The notes: a model not told the origin generated them from the sequence alone. A stretch of 64,000 bases of DNA from an uncultured Victivallales bacterium (GCA_964490525.1 CAZBDL010000001.1:25474-89473); one strand, 5' to 3'. Counted from the first letter of the stretch, positions 8,376 through 18,140 are shown. Numbers and translations: made by a program.

Positions 8376-10010
8376 ATGAAGATCAACGACTACGGCGAGA
8401 AGATCGGCGGGGCCCGCAAGGACCTCTGGCGCGAGGCCCTGGGACGCGGGGAGCTGGAATCCGTCGACCGGGCGGACTGGGCCCAGGCCGTCAACAAGGC
8501 CAACATCTGGCCCGCCCCCGACTGGAAGGCCCTGGTCGAGGCCGGCTCCGATCCCGTCGGCGCCTACCTGGTCAAGCTGGTCTACGACGCCATCCCGAAG
8601 ACCCCCCCCGCCAACCTCCGGGCCGAGCAGGAGGAGCGCTTCATGCGGGCCTATGTGGGCCTGGTCTCCTGCCTCCGCACCCTGATCGAGAGCCGCCTCC
8701 CCATCCTGGAGGCCGATCCGGCCATCCGCGAGATCCGCGACCTGGCCCGCAGCAAGCTGCCCCAGGACGCCTACGCCATCGCACCCGCCCGCCTGCGCAA
8801 CGCCCTCTTCTACCACCGCCGCCATGCCGCCGAGCGCCATGTCCAGGACACCGGCTGGCCCAACCAGAAGCCATGGGCCAAGGCGTTCCGCGTGGCTCCG
8901 GTCGGCGGCGAGTTCTTCGTGGTCAAGCCCGGCAACATCATCGCCGCCGGCCCGTTCCCCTCGCACGCCGAGGCCACCACGGCCGCCGACACCCTCTGGA
9001 CGCAGGCCCGCGACGCGGCCGCCAAGGAGCGCAACGGCATGGCCCGCCCTGTCGCCAAGGGCATGCCGCGCACCGGCCCCGACCGGCGCAACGGCACCAA
9101 CGTCGGCCCCGAGGACTTCGCCCGCGCCTTCGGGTTCCGCGCCGTGGAGTTCGGCAACTGGGAGAGCCAGGACGACCGCCAGGGCAACCTCAACGCCGCC
9201 TTCGACGCCTTCCATGACCTCGCCGAGGCCATCGGCATCCGCCCCGGGGACCTGAGCCTCGGCGGGACCCTGGCCATCGCCTTCGGCTCCCGGGGCCGGG
9301 GCGGCGCGGCCGCCCACTACGAGCCGGGCCGCAAGGTCATCAACCTCACCCGCGACAGCGGAGCCGGCTGCCTGGCCCACGAGTGGGCCCACGCGCTCGA
9401 CAACCACCTCGCGGTCGCCGCCGGCGGCAGCTCCGGCGCCTACGCCTCCGAGATGCGCGGCACCGGCACCGCCCTCCAGTCCATGCACGATGCCGTCCAC
9501 GCCATGGGCCGCACCTTCGAGCCGGCCGCCGACATCGAGGTCCGCCACCGCAGGAACGTGGCCGAGGTCGAGCAGGTCCGCCGGGAATCGAAAAGCCCCT
9601 GGGAGCAAAACCGCTGCTGGAAGTGGCTCGCCCGCGCCGAGGGCCAGATGATGGCCATCCGCAAAGCCGGCGGCGCCTGGACCGAGACCCGCTTCCTCGC
9701 CGCCGCCAAGTCGCGCGGGGCCTACTGGCGCAAGGGCGCCGAGATGTTCGCCCGCTCCTTCGAGGCGCATGTGGAGGACACGCTGACCTCCGCCGGCCGG
9801 TTCTCTCCCTACCTCGTCCAGGGCACCGCCCCCGGCGATGACGGGTTCCGCTCCATGTACCCGGCCGGGCGCGAGCGCAACGACATCGGCCGGGCCGTCC
9901 AGGCCGTGGTCGGCGACCTTCGCCACCGCCTCCGCAAGCTCGACATCGACCGCCCCATCGCGATTGCGCCAATCACCCAGGAACAGGAGGCCGTGTCATG
10001 GACCGTCTGA
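8376..10010 (+). CDS. Zincin-like metallopeptidase-motif protein (HExxH), of the polyvalent or conjugative-element type
   Basis: AAAHYEPGRKVINLTRDSGAGCLAHEWAHALDNHL contains HEWAH. 544 aa, with SD GGAGGA upstream. Confidence 0.5.
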   Translation: MKINDYGEKIGGARKDLWREALGRGELESVDRADWAQAVNKANIWPAPDWKALVEAGSDPVGAYLVKLVYDAIPKTPPANLRAEQEERFMRAYVGLVSCLRTLIESRLPILEADPAIREIRDLARSKLPQDAYAIAPARLRNALFYHRRHAAERHVQDTGWPNQKPWAKAFRVAPVGGEFFVVKPGNIIAAGPFPSHAEATTAADTLWTQARDAAAKERNGMARPVAKGMPRTGPDRRNGTNVGPEDFARAFGFRAVEFGNWESQDDRQGNLNAAFDAFHDLAEAIGIRPGDLSLGGTLAIAFGSRGRGGAAAHYEPGRKVINLTRDSGAGCLAHEWAHALDNHLAVAAGGSSGAYASEMRGTGTALQSMHDAVHAMGRTFEPAADIEVRHRRNVAEVEQVRRESKSPWEQNRCWKWLARAEGQMMAIRKAGGAWTETRFLAAAKSRGAYWRKGAEMFARSFEAHVEDTLTSAGRFSPYLVQGTAPGDDGFRSMYPAGRERNDIGRAVQAVVGDLRHRLRKLDIDRPIAIAPITQEQEAVSWTV

Positions 10011-10735
10011 CGATGCGCCGCTACCTCTCCGCCCCCCTGATCTGCTCCCCCGGCGGCTGGGCCGACACCCTTCCGTCCTGGATGCGCCGCCAGGCGGCCC
10101 AGGAGCGCGTCCTCGTCGCCGCCGGCCTGATGCCCGGGCACATCGTCGGCCCCACCGAGGTCCTCGTGCTGCTGCACGGGGCGGCCATGGCCGGCCCCCT
10201 CTCCCACGGCGACGCCATGGTGTTCTCCTGGGCGATGATGCGGGCGCACGAAAGCCGGTTCGGCAAGGGCTCCCCGAAGATGGCCGAGATCCAGGCCATC
10301 ATGCCCGACGCGCCGGGCGACGCCGACATCCTTGCCCCCAACGGACGGTTCTCCATGGAATACCGGCGGGTCGCCGGCGGTATACTCTCCGCCGCCACCC
10401 GGAAGAACAAAGGAAAGGAGCAGGACATGTCCCCCCAGCTCGTCTCCCTGGTCGAAGCCCTCGTCGAGGTCCGCAGCATGTGCGGCGACGAGCGCGGCTG
10501 CATCTCCCAATGGCAGGACGACACCGGCCAGCGCCTCTCCCCCGAGAACCGCTCCCTCGTCCTCGACCTGTTCGAGGCACGTTGGCGCGAGGCGCAGCGC
10601 GGCGCAGGCGTGCGCAATCCCCTCACGCCGGCGGAACGGGAGCATGCCCGCTCCATGCTGGAAGGGAAGGATATCGACCAGCAGAAGTCAAGTTGTCTAG
10701 CGGTGGACGAGGACACCCCCTCCATCGCCATGTGA
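9998..10735 (+). CDS. Hypothetical protein (245 aa), tail DTPSIAM
   Basis: Complete track ORF with AGGAGG upstream. Overlaps the previous gene by 13 nt. Confidence 0.5.
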   Translation: MDRLTMRRYLSAPLICSPGGWADTLPSWMRRQAAQERVLVAAGLMPGHIVGPTEVLVLLHGAAMAGPLSHGDAMVFSWAMMRAHESRFGKGSPKMAEIQAIMPDAPGDADILAPNGRFSMEYRRVAGGILSAATRKNKGKEQDMSPQLVSLVEALVEVRSMCGDERGCISQWQDDTGQRLSPENRSLVLDLFEARWREAQRGAGVRNPLTPAEREHARSMLEGKDIDQQKSSCLAVDEDTPSIAM

Positions 10736-10767
10736 CCCGTCAACAGGACAAAGGAAGGAAACCGGCC

Positions 10768-11244
10768 ATGATGCTCAAGTTCGACCGTGCGAAGGTGGAG
10801 GCGCTGCTGAAGGCGGAGACGGCCCGCGAACCGGGCATGATCCCGTACACCGGCAGCGGATGGGGACGCCCCGAGACGCGCGGGCACGGCCTGAACCTGG
10901 TCGGCGACCAGGGCGTATACCTGGTCTGCAACTCCCCGCGACCCGACGGGAAGTGCCCGGCGAAAAGCGGCGACATCGCCTACGCCGCCAATTGCGACCC
11001 GACAACGATGGCGTTCGAGGACTGGTACGGGGCGAAGGAACGGAGCTTCGGCAGCGACGATGGCGTCGAGTTCATCCCCGCCGACAACATCCGCGCCTGG
11101 CTCGAGAACACCCAGGCCCCCATGGCCAGGATCGACATCGGGCCGAAGCAGTTTAGCCTTTGCCCGTCGTTCAGCCGTCCATCCCATGCCGCCAAGAGGG
11201 AAATGGAGCAGGCAGCCGCGCAGGAGCCCGCCATCACCCCCTGA
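10768..11244 (+). CDS. Hypothetical protein (158 aa), tail EPAITP
   Basis: ATG at 10768 in frame with track ORF 9838..11244. SD AAGGAAGGAA upstream. Confidence 0.5.
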   Translation: MMLKFDRAKVEALLKAETAREPGMIPYTGSGWGRPETRGHGLNLVGDQGVYLVCNSPRPDGKCPAKSGDIAYAANCDPTTMAFEDWYGAKERSFGSDDGVEFIPADNIRAWLENTQAPMARIDIGPKQFSLCPSFSRPSHAAKREMEQAAAQEPAITP

Positions 11245-11314
11245 ACCCGTTGCCGTAGCGCACCATGAAGGGAACCGCTCAGCATCATGCTGGGCGACCG
11301 AAGGGAGCGATAGC

Positions 11315-11608
11315 ATGAATGCTGTGGTTGGGCAGATGGTCACGTACAAGCATCTTCACCGTGGCGGCTACGGCTACGAGACGAGTCACCCCGCCGTTGT
11401 CGTCAAGGTCCATGGAAAACGGGCAACCATCCGCGTTGCCCGTATCGACCCGGCAACCAACACGACGCGGGCCGCTGAGGCCGTTGTCACGATAGCGCGG
11501 CTTCATCCTCGCACGCAGGTTTGCGCGTTCGAGCGCGTTCTAAATGACGTGCCCAACCAGAACATGAACCGCCAGCTTTGCCTGGAGGAGGAGGGAATCG
11601 CCCCATGA
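11315..11608 (+). CDS. Hypothetical protein (97 aa), tail EEEGIAP
   Basis: ATG at 11315 in frame with track ORF 11060..11608. ATGA overlap with the next gene. Confidence 0.5.
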   Translation: MNAVVGQMVTYKHLHRGGYGYETSHPAVVVKVHGKRATIRVARIDPATNTTRAAEAVVTIARLHPRTQVCAFERVLNDVPNQNMNRQLCLEEEGIAP

Positions 11609-12048
11609 CGGCCGCCGCACACACGCTCCCACGCGCCGAGGAGATCCGCCGGCTGGCGGGCCTGGATGGCCGGGAAATCGCGGGATATGACCCGACCCGG
11701 GCCGTCCGCAGGGACAATTCTTCGTGGAGCCTGACGCTGGTGGGGGGGAAGACCCACCCCGAGCCGTTCAGGACACGCCGCGCGGCCATCGAGATGGGCA
11801 TTGAGCACAAGCGGATCAAGGAAGGCCAGTTCCGCAACCCCGAGGCGTGGTTCAGCCTGGAGTCCCTGCTGGCCAGGGACCGGCTGGCCAGGGTCGAGGA
11901 GATCCGCTCCCGCCCCGGCATGGGCGCCGCCTTCGAGAACGACCTCTTCGCCGTCGCCGAACGGGAACAGGCACGGGACCGCGAGGAATGGGCACGGGAG
12001 GCCGGGCAACGCCAGGCCGGGGAAGAGGAACAGGGAATGCGCATCTGA
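11605..12048 (+). CDS. Hypothetical protein (147 aa), tail EQGMRI
   Basis: ATG at 11605 in frame with track ORF 11578..12048. Confidence 0.5.
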   Translation: MTAAAHTLPRAEEIRRLAGLDGREIAGYDPTRAVRRDNSSWSLTLVGGKTHPEPFRTRRAAIEMGIEHKRIKEGQFRNPEAWFSLESLLARDRLARVEEIRSRPGMGAAFENDLFAVAEREQARDREEWAREAGQRQAGEEEQGMRI

Positions 12049-12062
12049 CTGCGGGGTGAACC

Positions 12063-13130
12063 ATGGACAGCAACGATTCGGGCACCGTCCACGCCGACGA
12101 ACTGGCGATCATGGTAGACCGGCACATGAGGCTGAAGTACCGCGTTCCCCTGGCCGAGATGGAGATTGCCGACACCCCGGGCTATTGGCGAGACCGGGAG
12201 CCGAAGACGCACCCCGGCCACCCGCTGCACGGATGCCTCGGATGCCAGGGGCCCTTCCGGGCCACATACACATTCCATGATCCTCCCCGCGACAAGCGGG
12301 GCCGCCTGGCAAGCACCACGCGCACCTGGAAGGCGCTGAAGGAACACCAACCGAAGGGAGAAGGAGCCATGAAGACCGCCACCATCATGCTGCGGGACCG
12401 CCCGGATTCACCGTTCGAGCCGGTCGAGGTGCCGATCCTGGGCGCCTGCGGACCGTTTGCCGTCGCCAAGACCCCCTCGTTCAAGAGCAACGTCGCCGAC
12501 GGCTTCTATTCCGTCTACCACCTGCCCACCGGGCGGGTCATCGAGGGCAGCCTGCACCTGACGGCGGCACGCGCCATGGCCCGCTTCCTCCAGGAGGCCT
12601 GCGGCAAGGCCGCCGAGTCGGCCGACCACAAGGAAGCCGGGGAGGCCATTTTCCCGAAATACCGCCAGTTCTATGTCCAGGGAGCCTGGGAGGAGGCCGG
12701 GGCCGGCCCGGAGCTGGTCGCCGAGCTGAACAAGGCCGTCCTGCGCCACCGGGACGTGGAGTTCCGCCTGATCGGGAACCCCGTCTGCGAGATCCACGCC
12801 TACGACCAGGCGGAAAGGCGCATCGCCCCGAAGAACGAGCAGGACGACATCGCAAGGCTGGAAAGGTTCGTTGCGATGAACGCCCCGGGACTTCACGAAG
12901 TCACGGTCGAGGAGTTCCATGGCCCTCGGGGCATCGGGCAACTTCAGAACGAGCAGGTCACCCTGAGCGACAAGTACCCGCACATTTCCGTCTACAGGGA
13001 CGGTGCCAGGGCCGAGCGCGGCCGGATCGTCGGGTATATTCCCGACGGCGAGGGCCTGGCGAAGAAGCGCTGCTTCCTCCCGGATTCGCGCCATACGAAC
13101 AACATTGAAGAAAAAGGGATCACACCATGA
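12063..13130 (+). CDS. Hypothetical protein (355 aa), possibly a fusion of two cassettes
   Basis: Complete ORF. It contains an internal SD-like GGAGAAGGAGCC followed by an in-frame ATGA at 12369. Tail EEKGITP. Confidence 0.5.
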   Translation: MDSNDSGTVHADELAIMVDRHMRLKYRVPLAEMEIADTPGYWRDREPKTHPGHPLHGCLGCQGPFRATYTFHDPPRDKRGRLASTTRTWKALKEHQPKGEGAMKTATIMLRDRPDSPFEPVEVPILGACGPFAVAKTPSFKSNVADGFYSVYHLPTGRVIEGSLHLTAARAMARFLQEACGKAAESADHKEAGEAIFPKYRQFYVQGAWEEAGAGPELVAELNKAVLRHRDVEFRLIGNPVCEIHAYDQAERRIAPKNEQDDIARLERFVAMNAPGLHEVTVEEFHGPRGIGQLQNEQVTLSDKYPHISVYRDGARAERGRIVGYIPDGEGLAKKRCFLPDSRHTNNIEEKGITP

Positions 13131-13696
13131 AGACCAAGATTCACCAGGCCATCCTGAAGGACTATGGTACTCCCTACGATCTGGCCATCGCCGGCAAGCA
13201 GACCGGAGACACCCTCGCCGACTGGATCCATCGGACAGTCGAGGACGCGCACGAGGACGGGGAGAAGTATCCCCGCGTGTCCTGCGACGATTTGCTGTCC
13301 GCCGGCGCCGCCGAGCTTTCCAGCGTCGCATACGCATTGATCGAAGCCTCCCCGCGCGACCTGGCCGGCAAACCAAGCTGGAAGCCAGGCAGAAACAGCC
13401 TGCTCAAGGATGCGCCAAAGGGCCTGCTCTCCCTCCTGGACAAAGTGGCCAAGACCTATGGGGTCGAGGTTGAACTGTCCGCCGTGGAAGGGCCGGGCCG
13501 TTGCGGCGACCTCCTGGCCGATTTTCTCGTCGCTGAGTTGCATGACGTATGCAGGGAGGCCCAGGACACGGAGGAGGCGCTGGAATGCGCCATTGAGGCC
13601 ATCGAAAAGGCCGTCCACACAATCGACGGCGCCGCAATGGCAGCCAAAGCGGCTGACATTCAGGAGCAGCCTCAAGAAGAGGGTATCGCTCCATGA
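13127..13696 (+). CDS. Hypothetical acidic protein (189 aa), tail QEEGIAP
   Basis: Complete ORF with ATGA coupling at both ends. Confidence 0.5.
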   Translation: MKTKIHQAILKDYGTPYDLAIAGKQTGDTLADWIHRTVEDAHEDGEKYPRVSCDDLLSAGAAELSSVAYALIEASPRDLAGKPSWKPGRNSLLKDAPKGLLSLLDKVAKTYGVEVELSAVEGPGRCGDLLADFLVAELHDVCREAQDTEEALECAIEAIEKAVHTIDGAAMAAKAADIQEQPQEEGIAP

Positions 13697-14508
13697 ATGA
13701 TCGCCGCAACCCCTTCGCATTCGCGCTTGCGCTTGATACCGTAAGCCCGGGCAAAGGCCGGTTCTGGCTCCTGGTCGACAAAGGAGGCAACCCCGTGGAT
13801 TGTGCGCATCAGGCGCGGCCCGGCCTGCCGCTCTACGGCCTGGATGGCATCATGGGGAAGGTCCCGGGATGCACATGGACCATGGCCAGCCGGGTGCGGA
13901 TCCTCGGCCTTTCGGTTCTCGCCGAGGAGGCCGGCAGGATCGACCGGGAATACCTGTGCGCAATCCGCCGGCTCGATTGGGAGGAAGGGCAACGCCTGGT
14001 CGCCGAGGCCGCCGTGCGGGCCGGGTTCGGCCCGCATGCGAGGTTCCATGGGACGGATAGCAAGTTCACCGTCTTCACCCCCGGCGACGACGGCATCTGC
14101 TTCGTGGACTCCGTGGCGGTTGCCAAGGACTACGGGGATACGGTCATGGCCTGCTACCTGCGCATGCGGAAGCCCCACCGCATGACATACCGCAAATGGC
14201 TCATGAGCCACGATCCATCCTTCGAGGCATTGCAGGCGGCCGGCAAGGACGGCATCATCGTCTCCGGATTCCAGCAGGGCGAAGACAGGATCCATGATGC
14301 GAACTCAAACATGTTCGTCGTCTTCTCCCCGGAGCAGGTGCGGTCGGCCGCCCTCCTGGTCCGCGACGACGCCGGCAACATCGTCCTGCCATCGCGCCGG
14401 TTCGCCCCCGGCCCCGACATCCGGGGCGCCGTAGAGGAGACGAAGGCGCGGTGCGCCCAGGACCGGGAAACCCCCCGCGTGGAGGAGGAGGCTGGCATCT
14501 CCCCGTAG
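13693..14508 (+). CDS. Hypothetical protein (271 aa), weakly ADP-ribosyltransferase-like (polyvalent-protein ART type)
   Basis: RFHGTDSKFTVF ... FVDSVAVAKDYG ... KDGIIVSG...NMFVVFSPEQVRS resembles the HGT / A..Y / DGI...vvf.p.qi.s layout of ART-PolyVal domains. A catalytic Glu is not evident. Tail EEAGISP. Confidence 0.35.
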   Translation: MNDRRNPFAFALALDTVSPGKGRFWLLVDKGGNPVDCAHQARPGLPLYGLDGIMGKVPGCTWTMASRVRILGLSVLAEEAGRIDREYLCAIRRLDWEEGQRLVAEAAVRAGFGPHARFHGTDSKFTVFTPGDDGICFVDSVAVAKDYGDTVMACYLRMRKPHRMTYRKWLMSHDPSFEALQAAGKDGIIVSGFQQGEDRIHDANSNMFVVFSPEQVRSAALLVRDDAGNIVLPSRRFAPGPDIRGAVEETKARCAQDRETPRVEEEAGISP

Positions 14509-14530
14509 ACCGCCAGAAGTCTAGCGGTCT
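14507..14530. terminator. Hairpin AGACCGC-N10-GCGGTCT spanning the rep1 stop codon, inside a 63-nt block duplicated at 16513-16575
   Basis: 7-bp perfect stem. It lies between convergent gene ends (plus gene stop at 14506-08, rep1 stop at 14521-23). No U-tract. Confidence 0.4.
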
Positions 14531-16023
14531 GCCTTCCTTGGCCGACCGCGCCGCCGTGGGGGCTCTGACGGGGGTGAGCCAGTCAGCAGATATCGCGTGG
14601 CGACGAGGCCATACAGGCTGCGATCCTGGCGCAGCAATTCACGCACCTCGGAGGCCGGCGTGTCTGGATCGGGGGCGGGAATGCCGTCGTCATGGAACCA
14701 AACCAGGATTTGGCGCAGATTCTCGTCCGTCATATTGGCGCAGATGGATTCCATCAACTTGAGGGCTCCGTCCTCCTCCACCGGGGTAGCCGTCACCTCG
14801 ACGGGCGGGGCGACTTGCTCCCCCTGATTCAGGTGATCCTTTGCCCAGTACCGCCGCCAGGCAAACGGATCATTCTGCGCCTGCTCCCGGCCAAACTCCC
14901 CAAGCTGAACGAGCCACGTCTTGTATGCCTCCTCCATCGGCCTGCCGGGCTCGGCAAGCTCCGCCAGGGCCGCGATCTTCGACTCCATGGCGGCCCGCGC
15001 CGTTTCCCCGTCCCGTTCGGCCGCCCGGGCGGCAGCCTCCCCTTGGCGCATCTTCCGGCTCGCGACAAGCTCGCTGACCCTGGCGATGATTCGGTCGCGG
15101 AGAACGGCACCCTTCAACCCGTCGCGAAGGGCGTCATCGACAATCTTGCCGGCTTCGGCCATGGACACCAGCGAAAGCCAGTAGGTCCAGACGCGGCTGT
15201 CGGCAACCCCGGCACAGCGAACCTTGGCCGTGAGGACCTCGAAGGCCAGTTCCTCCTCCGTGGGATTGAGGTCGATCCCGGGCAGGTCGGGCTGGGCGGC
15301 GTCCCCTGCGGCCTCGCGCAAGGCGTTTGGCCGCCAGGAGAACTGGATTCGCCCCTTGGAGCCGCGCCCCTCCACCTCAACCGCAATCTTGACGTCAAGG
15401 ATGGAGGATATCTTTGAGATCGAAGGGGTGACGACCTTGATCATCATTTGGCCAAATGGGGAGAGGGAGGGCTCCAGGCGCATCTTGGCGGCAAGCTCGG
15501 CGCCTTCGATGGTGCAAATCCCAACAGAGTCCCATTGTGCCAGGATCATGTAGAGAGAGATGGGACGCATGCCGCGAAGCCGCTTGATGTTTGCAAGGTG
15601 AACCAGGATGAACCTGGCCTTGGCCTTGTCAAGAAGCCGAATGGAGATTTCAGAAAGGACGGCCGTGAACTCGCCGGTTCCCGGCTTGATCTCGATGTCC
15701 TGGAACAAGTCCGAAACGATGCTGTCGCCGGTTTTCGGGTCAGCGGGACCCTCGCAGTAGACGGTCCCCTTCTTGATGGCCACCGCATGGTCGCGCAGGG
15801 TCCGGTAGATTTCGTCCCGGCTTCCGCCCACGACCTGGTGAATGTCCGAAACGCGGCAGACGACCCGGTTGTCCAGGCGTGCGCCTTGCTGGTACATGCA
15901 GACAACGAAGAGCACCAGGCGCTGTTGGGTCTCGCTCAACGCGAGGACGCTGCCGAGCATGTCGTGTCCCAGCCTGGTGACAGAGTGCTGTGTTCCACCG
16001 CTTTTCGCCTTGCGCTTCCCCAT
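14521..16023 (-). CDS. Plasmid replication initiator (iteron-type Rep), paralog 1
   Basis: The N-terminal LALSETQQRLVLFVVC pattern is typical of winged-helix Rep_3-like initiators. Its own iteron set lies immediately upstream. C-terminal AT-hook-like PPRRRGRPRKADR. SD GAGGAGGAGG. Confidence 0.6.
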   Translation of the reverse strand: MGKRKAKSGGTQHSVTRLGHDMLGSVLALSETQQRLVLFVVCMYQQGARLDNRVVCRVSDIHQVVGGSRDEIYRTLRDHAVAIKKGTVYCEGPADPKTGDSIVSDLFQDIEIKPGTGEFTAVLSEISIRLLDKAKARFILVHLANIKRLRGMRPISLYMILAQWDSVGICTIEGAELAAKMRLEPSLSPFGQMMIKVVTPSISKISSILDVKIAVEVEGRGSKGRIQFSWRPNALREAAGDAAQPDLPGIDLNPTEEELAFEVLTAKVRCAGVADSRVWTYWLSLVSMAEAGKIVDDALRDGLKGAVLRDRIIARVSELVASRKMRQGEAAARAAERDGETARAAMESKIAALAELAEPGRPMEEAYKTWLVQLGEFGREQAQNDPFAWRRYWAKDHLNQGEQVAPPVEVTATPVEEDGALKLMESICANMTDENLRQILVWFHDDGIPAPDPDTPASEVRELLRQDRSLYGLVATRYLLTGSPPSEPPRRRGRPRKADR

Positions 16024-16046
16024 GGCCTCCTCCTCACCGCTGAAAA

Positions 16047-16070
16047 CGTGAATTTTCCACAGCAGAACGG
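16047..16070. promoter_or_regulatory. Inverted copy of the rep1 iteron between the rep1 promoter and start codon (putative autorepression operator)
   Basis: The reverse complement, CCGTTCTGCTGTGGAAAATTCACG, shares 21 identical nt with the iteron at 16270. Confidence 0.55.
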
Positions 16071-16080
16071 CTCTGAATCA

Positions 16081-16109
16081 CGATATAATACACGTTATGT
16101 CGTTGTCAA
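16081..16109 (-). promoter_or_regulatory. rep1 promoter (TTGACA-N17-ATATCG)
   Basis: On the minus strand, TTGACA lies at 16109-16104 and ATATCG at 16086-16081. Confidence 0.5.
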
Positions 16110-16167
16110 GTGGTCAAATTCAAATAATATCGAGACTCAGGCGGCCTTTTGTCGTGTTTATCCTGTG

Positions 16168-16313
16168 AAGAACTGTGGAAAGTTCGCGATTTGACCGGAT
16201 TAGTGCCGTTGAGATGCCGGGGCAACTGTGGAAAGTTCGCGGTTCTGCTGTGGAAATGTCGTGAAATCGCTGTGGAAAATTCACGGTTCTGCTGTGGAAA
16301 TGTCGCGATTATG
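16168..16313. repeat. Iteron array 1: five direct repeats with core CTGTGGAAA(N)TTCGCG/TCACGG
   Basis: CTGTGG cores start at 16173, 16226, 16248, 16270 and 16292; the last four are spaced exactly 22 bp apart. An AT-rich ATATAAAGAATAAAG block follows. Confidence 0.75.
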
Positions 16314-16516
16314 CCTAATAAGTGCTTATCCATCAATGATTTGCAAAGGCCTAAAGATATAAAGAATAAAGATGTATCTGACGATAGTGTTCGCTTCGCT
16401 CACAGTTGCGCGCGCGCGCAAGGGCGGGGGGACACCCCCCGCAGAGATGGATGGCCCCCCGGAATGCGGGGAGGAAAGGCAGCTCCCTCATCGGGAGCCG
16501 CCTGACGGCAATCCGT

Positions 16517-16540
16517 AGACCGCCAGAAGTCTAGCGGTCT
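16517..16540. terminator. Second copy of the AGACCGC-N10-GCGGTCT hairpin, spanning the rep2 stop
   Basis: Part of the 63-nt block 16513-16575, which matches 14503-14565 with 2 mismatches. Confidence 0.4.
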
Positions 16541-18057
16541 GCCTTCCTTGGCCGGCCACGCCGCCGTGGGGGCTCCGCCAGGTGATCCACCTCGATGTAG
16601 TCCCGGCCCTTCACCATCGGCTCGGATGGACCGTCCTCCGGGTCGCCCATGATCATCAGGCTCATCATCAGGGTTCGGCTGGTGTCATGCCCCTTGGCAT
16701 CCAGCTCCGCGACGCGGGCGCGGACCTGCGCCGCGCTGGATCCCACCGGCAGCCCCAGCAACTGGTTTCGCGCCGCAAGCCGCTCCAGCCTCTCGTCGGG
16801 CACGTCCGCAAGGGTGGGCCCCGGGGGCGGCGGAACCGGCTCCGCCGTGACGTCCACGGCCTCGCCGATCCGCCCGGAGCGCAGGGCGTCCTCCGCCCAG
16901 TAGCGGGTCCATTTCCCCGGCTCCTTCACCGCCATTTCCTGAGCGAACTCCCCCTGTCCCTCGATCCAGGCCAGGTACTCGGCGCGGTGCGGCCCGTCGT
17001 CTGCGGCCAGCGCCGCCAGGGACTCCACCTGGCCACGGTCCGGGCGCCCGGGGCCGGACGGGGCGGTGCCGCGGACTTCCGCCTCGCGACGGTTTGCGAC
17101 CAGGAGGGCATCGCTCACCTGGGCAACGATCCGATCCCGGAGGGCATGGTTCTTGAGCCCATCGCCAAGTGCCTTGTTGACTATTGTTGCTGTCTCTGTT
17201 GCCGACAACTGCCGCAGCCAATATCCATAGATTCGGTTGTCGCGTACTCCGGCAGCACGAACACGAGCGGTCAGAACCTCTAGCATAAGGTCGTCTTCAG
17301 ATATTTGAATCTTCATTCCTGGAAGTTCTGGTTGCCCGTCATCAGCAGCATCGCGAAGAGCATATGGTGGCCAGGAGAATATAACGCGGCCCTTGGTGCC
17401 GCGACCATGAACCTCAACCTTTACCTCGACGCCGAGGATGCTGGATATCTTCGAGATCGACGGATGAATGACCTGAAGCATGATGTGGCTCAATGCACGA
17501 TGGCTGCCAATGCGCAATGACTCGTACATTTCCGTAGATGAAACATCCCATGATCCAATGGCATCCCATTGGGCAAGAAGCAGGTAGAGGCTAACAGTCC
17601 ACCCCCCGTGCAGACGGCGGAGATTGGCTAGGTGAACCATGATGTACCGCGTCTTGAGTTCGGTCAACTTCTCGATGGTCTTTGCGGAAAGATAAACTGA
17701 AAACTCCCCGGTGGATGAGTCTATCTCGATATCATGGAAAAAACTTGTCACAAGCGTCTTGCCGTTTTCCGCATCAACCGGCTCGTCGCAATATATGGTT
17801 TTTGATTTCAGCGCGATGGCGTTGTCCCGCAGGGTTCTGTATATGACGTCCTTGTTCCCCCCAACAATACGGTGTATGTCGGGAACCTTGCACACCACTC
17901 TTGCGGATTTTTCAGGATCCTGTTGGTGGCGGCAAAAGACATAGAGAGCAAGACGTTGTTGCGTCTCACTCAACTCTATGAACCCAGACACCATGTCGTG
18001 GCCGATCTTCGTTGCACGCATCAGCCCAACGCCATCTCCCTTTGACCGTCGTCCCAT
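16531..18057 (-). CDS. Plasmid replication initiator (iteron-type Rep), paralog 2
   Basis: Collinear with rep1 along its whole length (roughly half the residues identical by eye), with the same C-terminal EPPRRRGRPRKADR. It has its own distinct iteron set upstream. Confidence 0.6.
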   Translation of the reverse strand: MGRRSKGDGVGLMRATKIGHDMVSGFIELSETQQRLALYVFCRHQQDPEKSARVVCKVPDIHRIVGGNKDVIYRTLRDNAIALKSKTIYCDEPVDAENGKTLVTSFFHDIEIDSSTGEFSVYLSAKTIEKLTELKTRYIMVHLANLRRLHGGWTVSLYLLLAQWDAIGSWDVSSTEMYESLRIGSHRALSHIMLQVIHPSISKISSILGVEVKVEVHGRGTKGRVIFSWPPYALRDAADDGQPELPGMKIQISEDDLMLEVLTARVRAAGVRDNRIYGYWLRQLSATETATIVNKALGDGLKNHALRDRIVAQVSDALLVANRREAEVRGTAPSGPGRPDRGQVESLAALAADDGPHRAEYLAWIEGQGEFAQEMAVKEPGKWTRYWAEDALRSGRIGEAVDVTAEPVPPPPGPTLADVPDERLERLAARNQLLGLPVGSSAAQVRARVAELDAKGHDTSRTLMMSLMIMGDPEDGPSEPMVKGRDYIEVDHLAEPPRRRGRPRKADR

Positions 18058-18070
18058 GGTTCACCCCGCG

Positions 18071-18089
18071 ATTGTTCCAAAATGTCTGT
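18071..18089. promoter_or_regulatory. Partial inverted copy of the rep2 iteron in the rep2 leader
   Basis: ATTGTTCCAAAATGTCTGT compared with the reverse complement of the iteron, ATTGCACCAAAAAGTCTGT. Confidence 0.4.
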
Positions 18090-18111
18090 CAATTCCTGAG
18101 AAATTGTTGTA

Positions 18112-18140
18112 TATATACACAAAAACATCAATCATGTCAA
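18112..18140 (-). promoter_or_regulatory. rep2 promoter (TTGACA-N17-TATATA)
   Basis: On the minus strand, TTGACA lies at 18140-18135 and TATATA at 18117-18112. Confidence 0.55.

Noticed and set aside
16327-16335. DnaA-box-like TTATCCATC next to iteron array 1
   Set aside because: Only 7 of 9 positions match TTATCCACA, and there is a single copy. It cannot be distinguished from chance without a second box or experimental data.
16406-16418. 13-nt identity (TTGCGCGCGCGCG) between spacer 13 (23081-23114) and the GC tract next to origin 1
   Set aside because: The match is short, is a low-complexity GC dinucleotide run, and does not extend on either side. It is compatible with chance in this composition.
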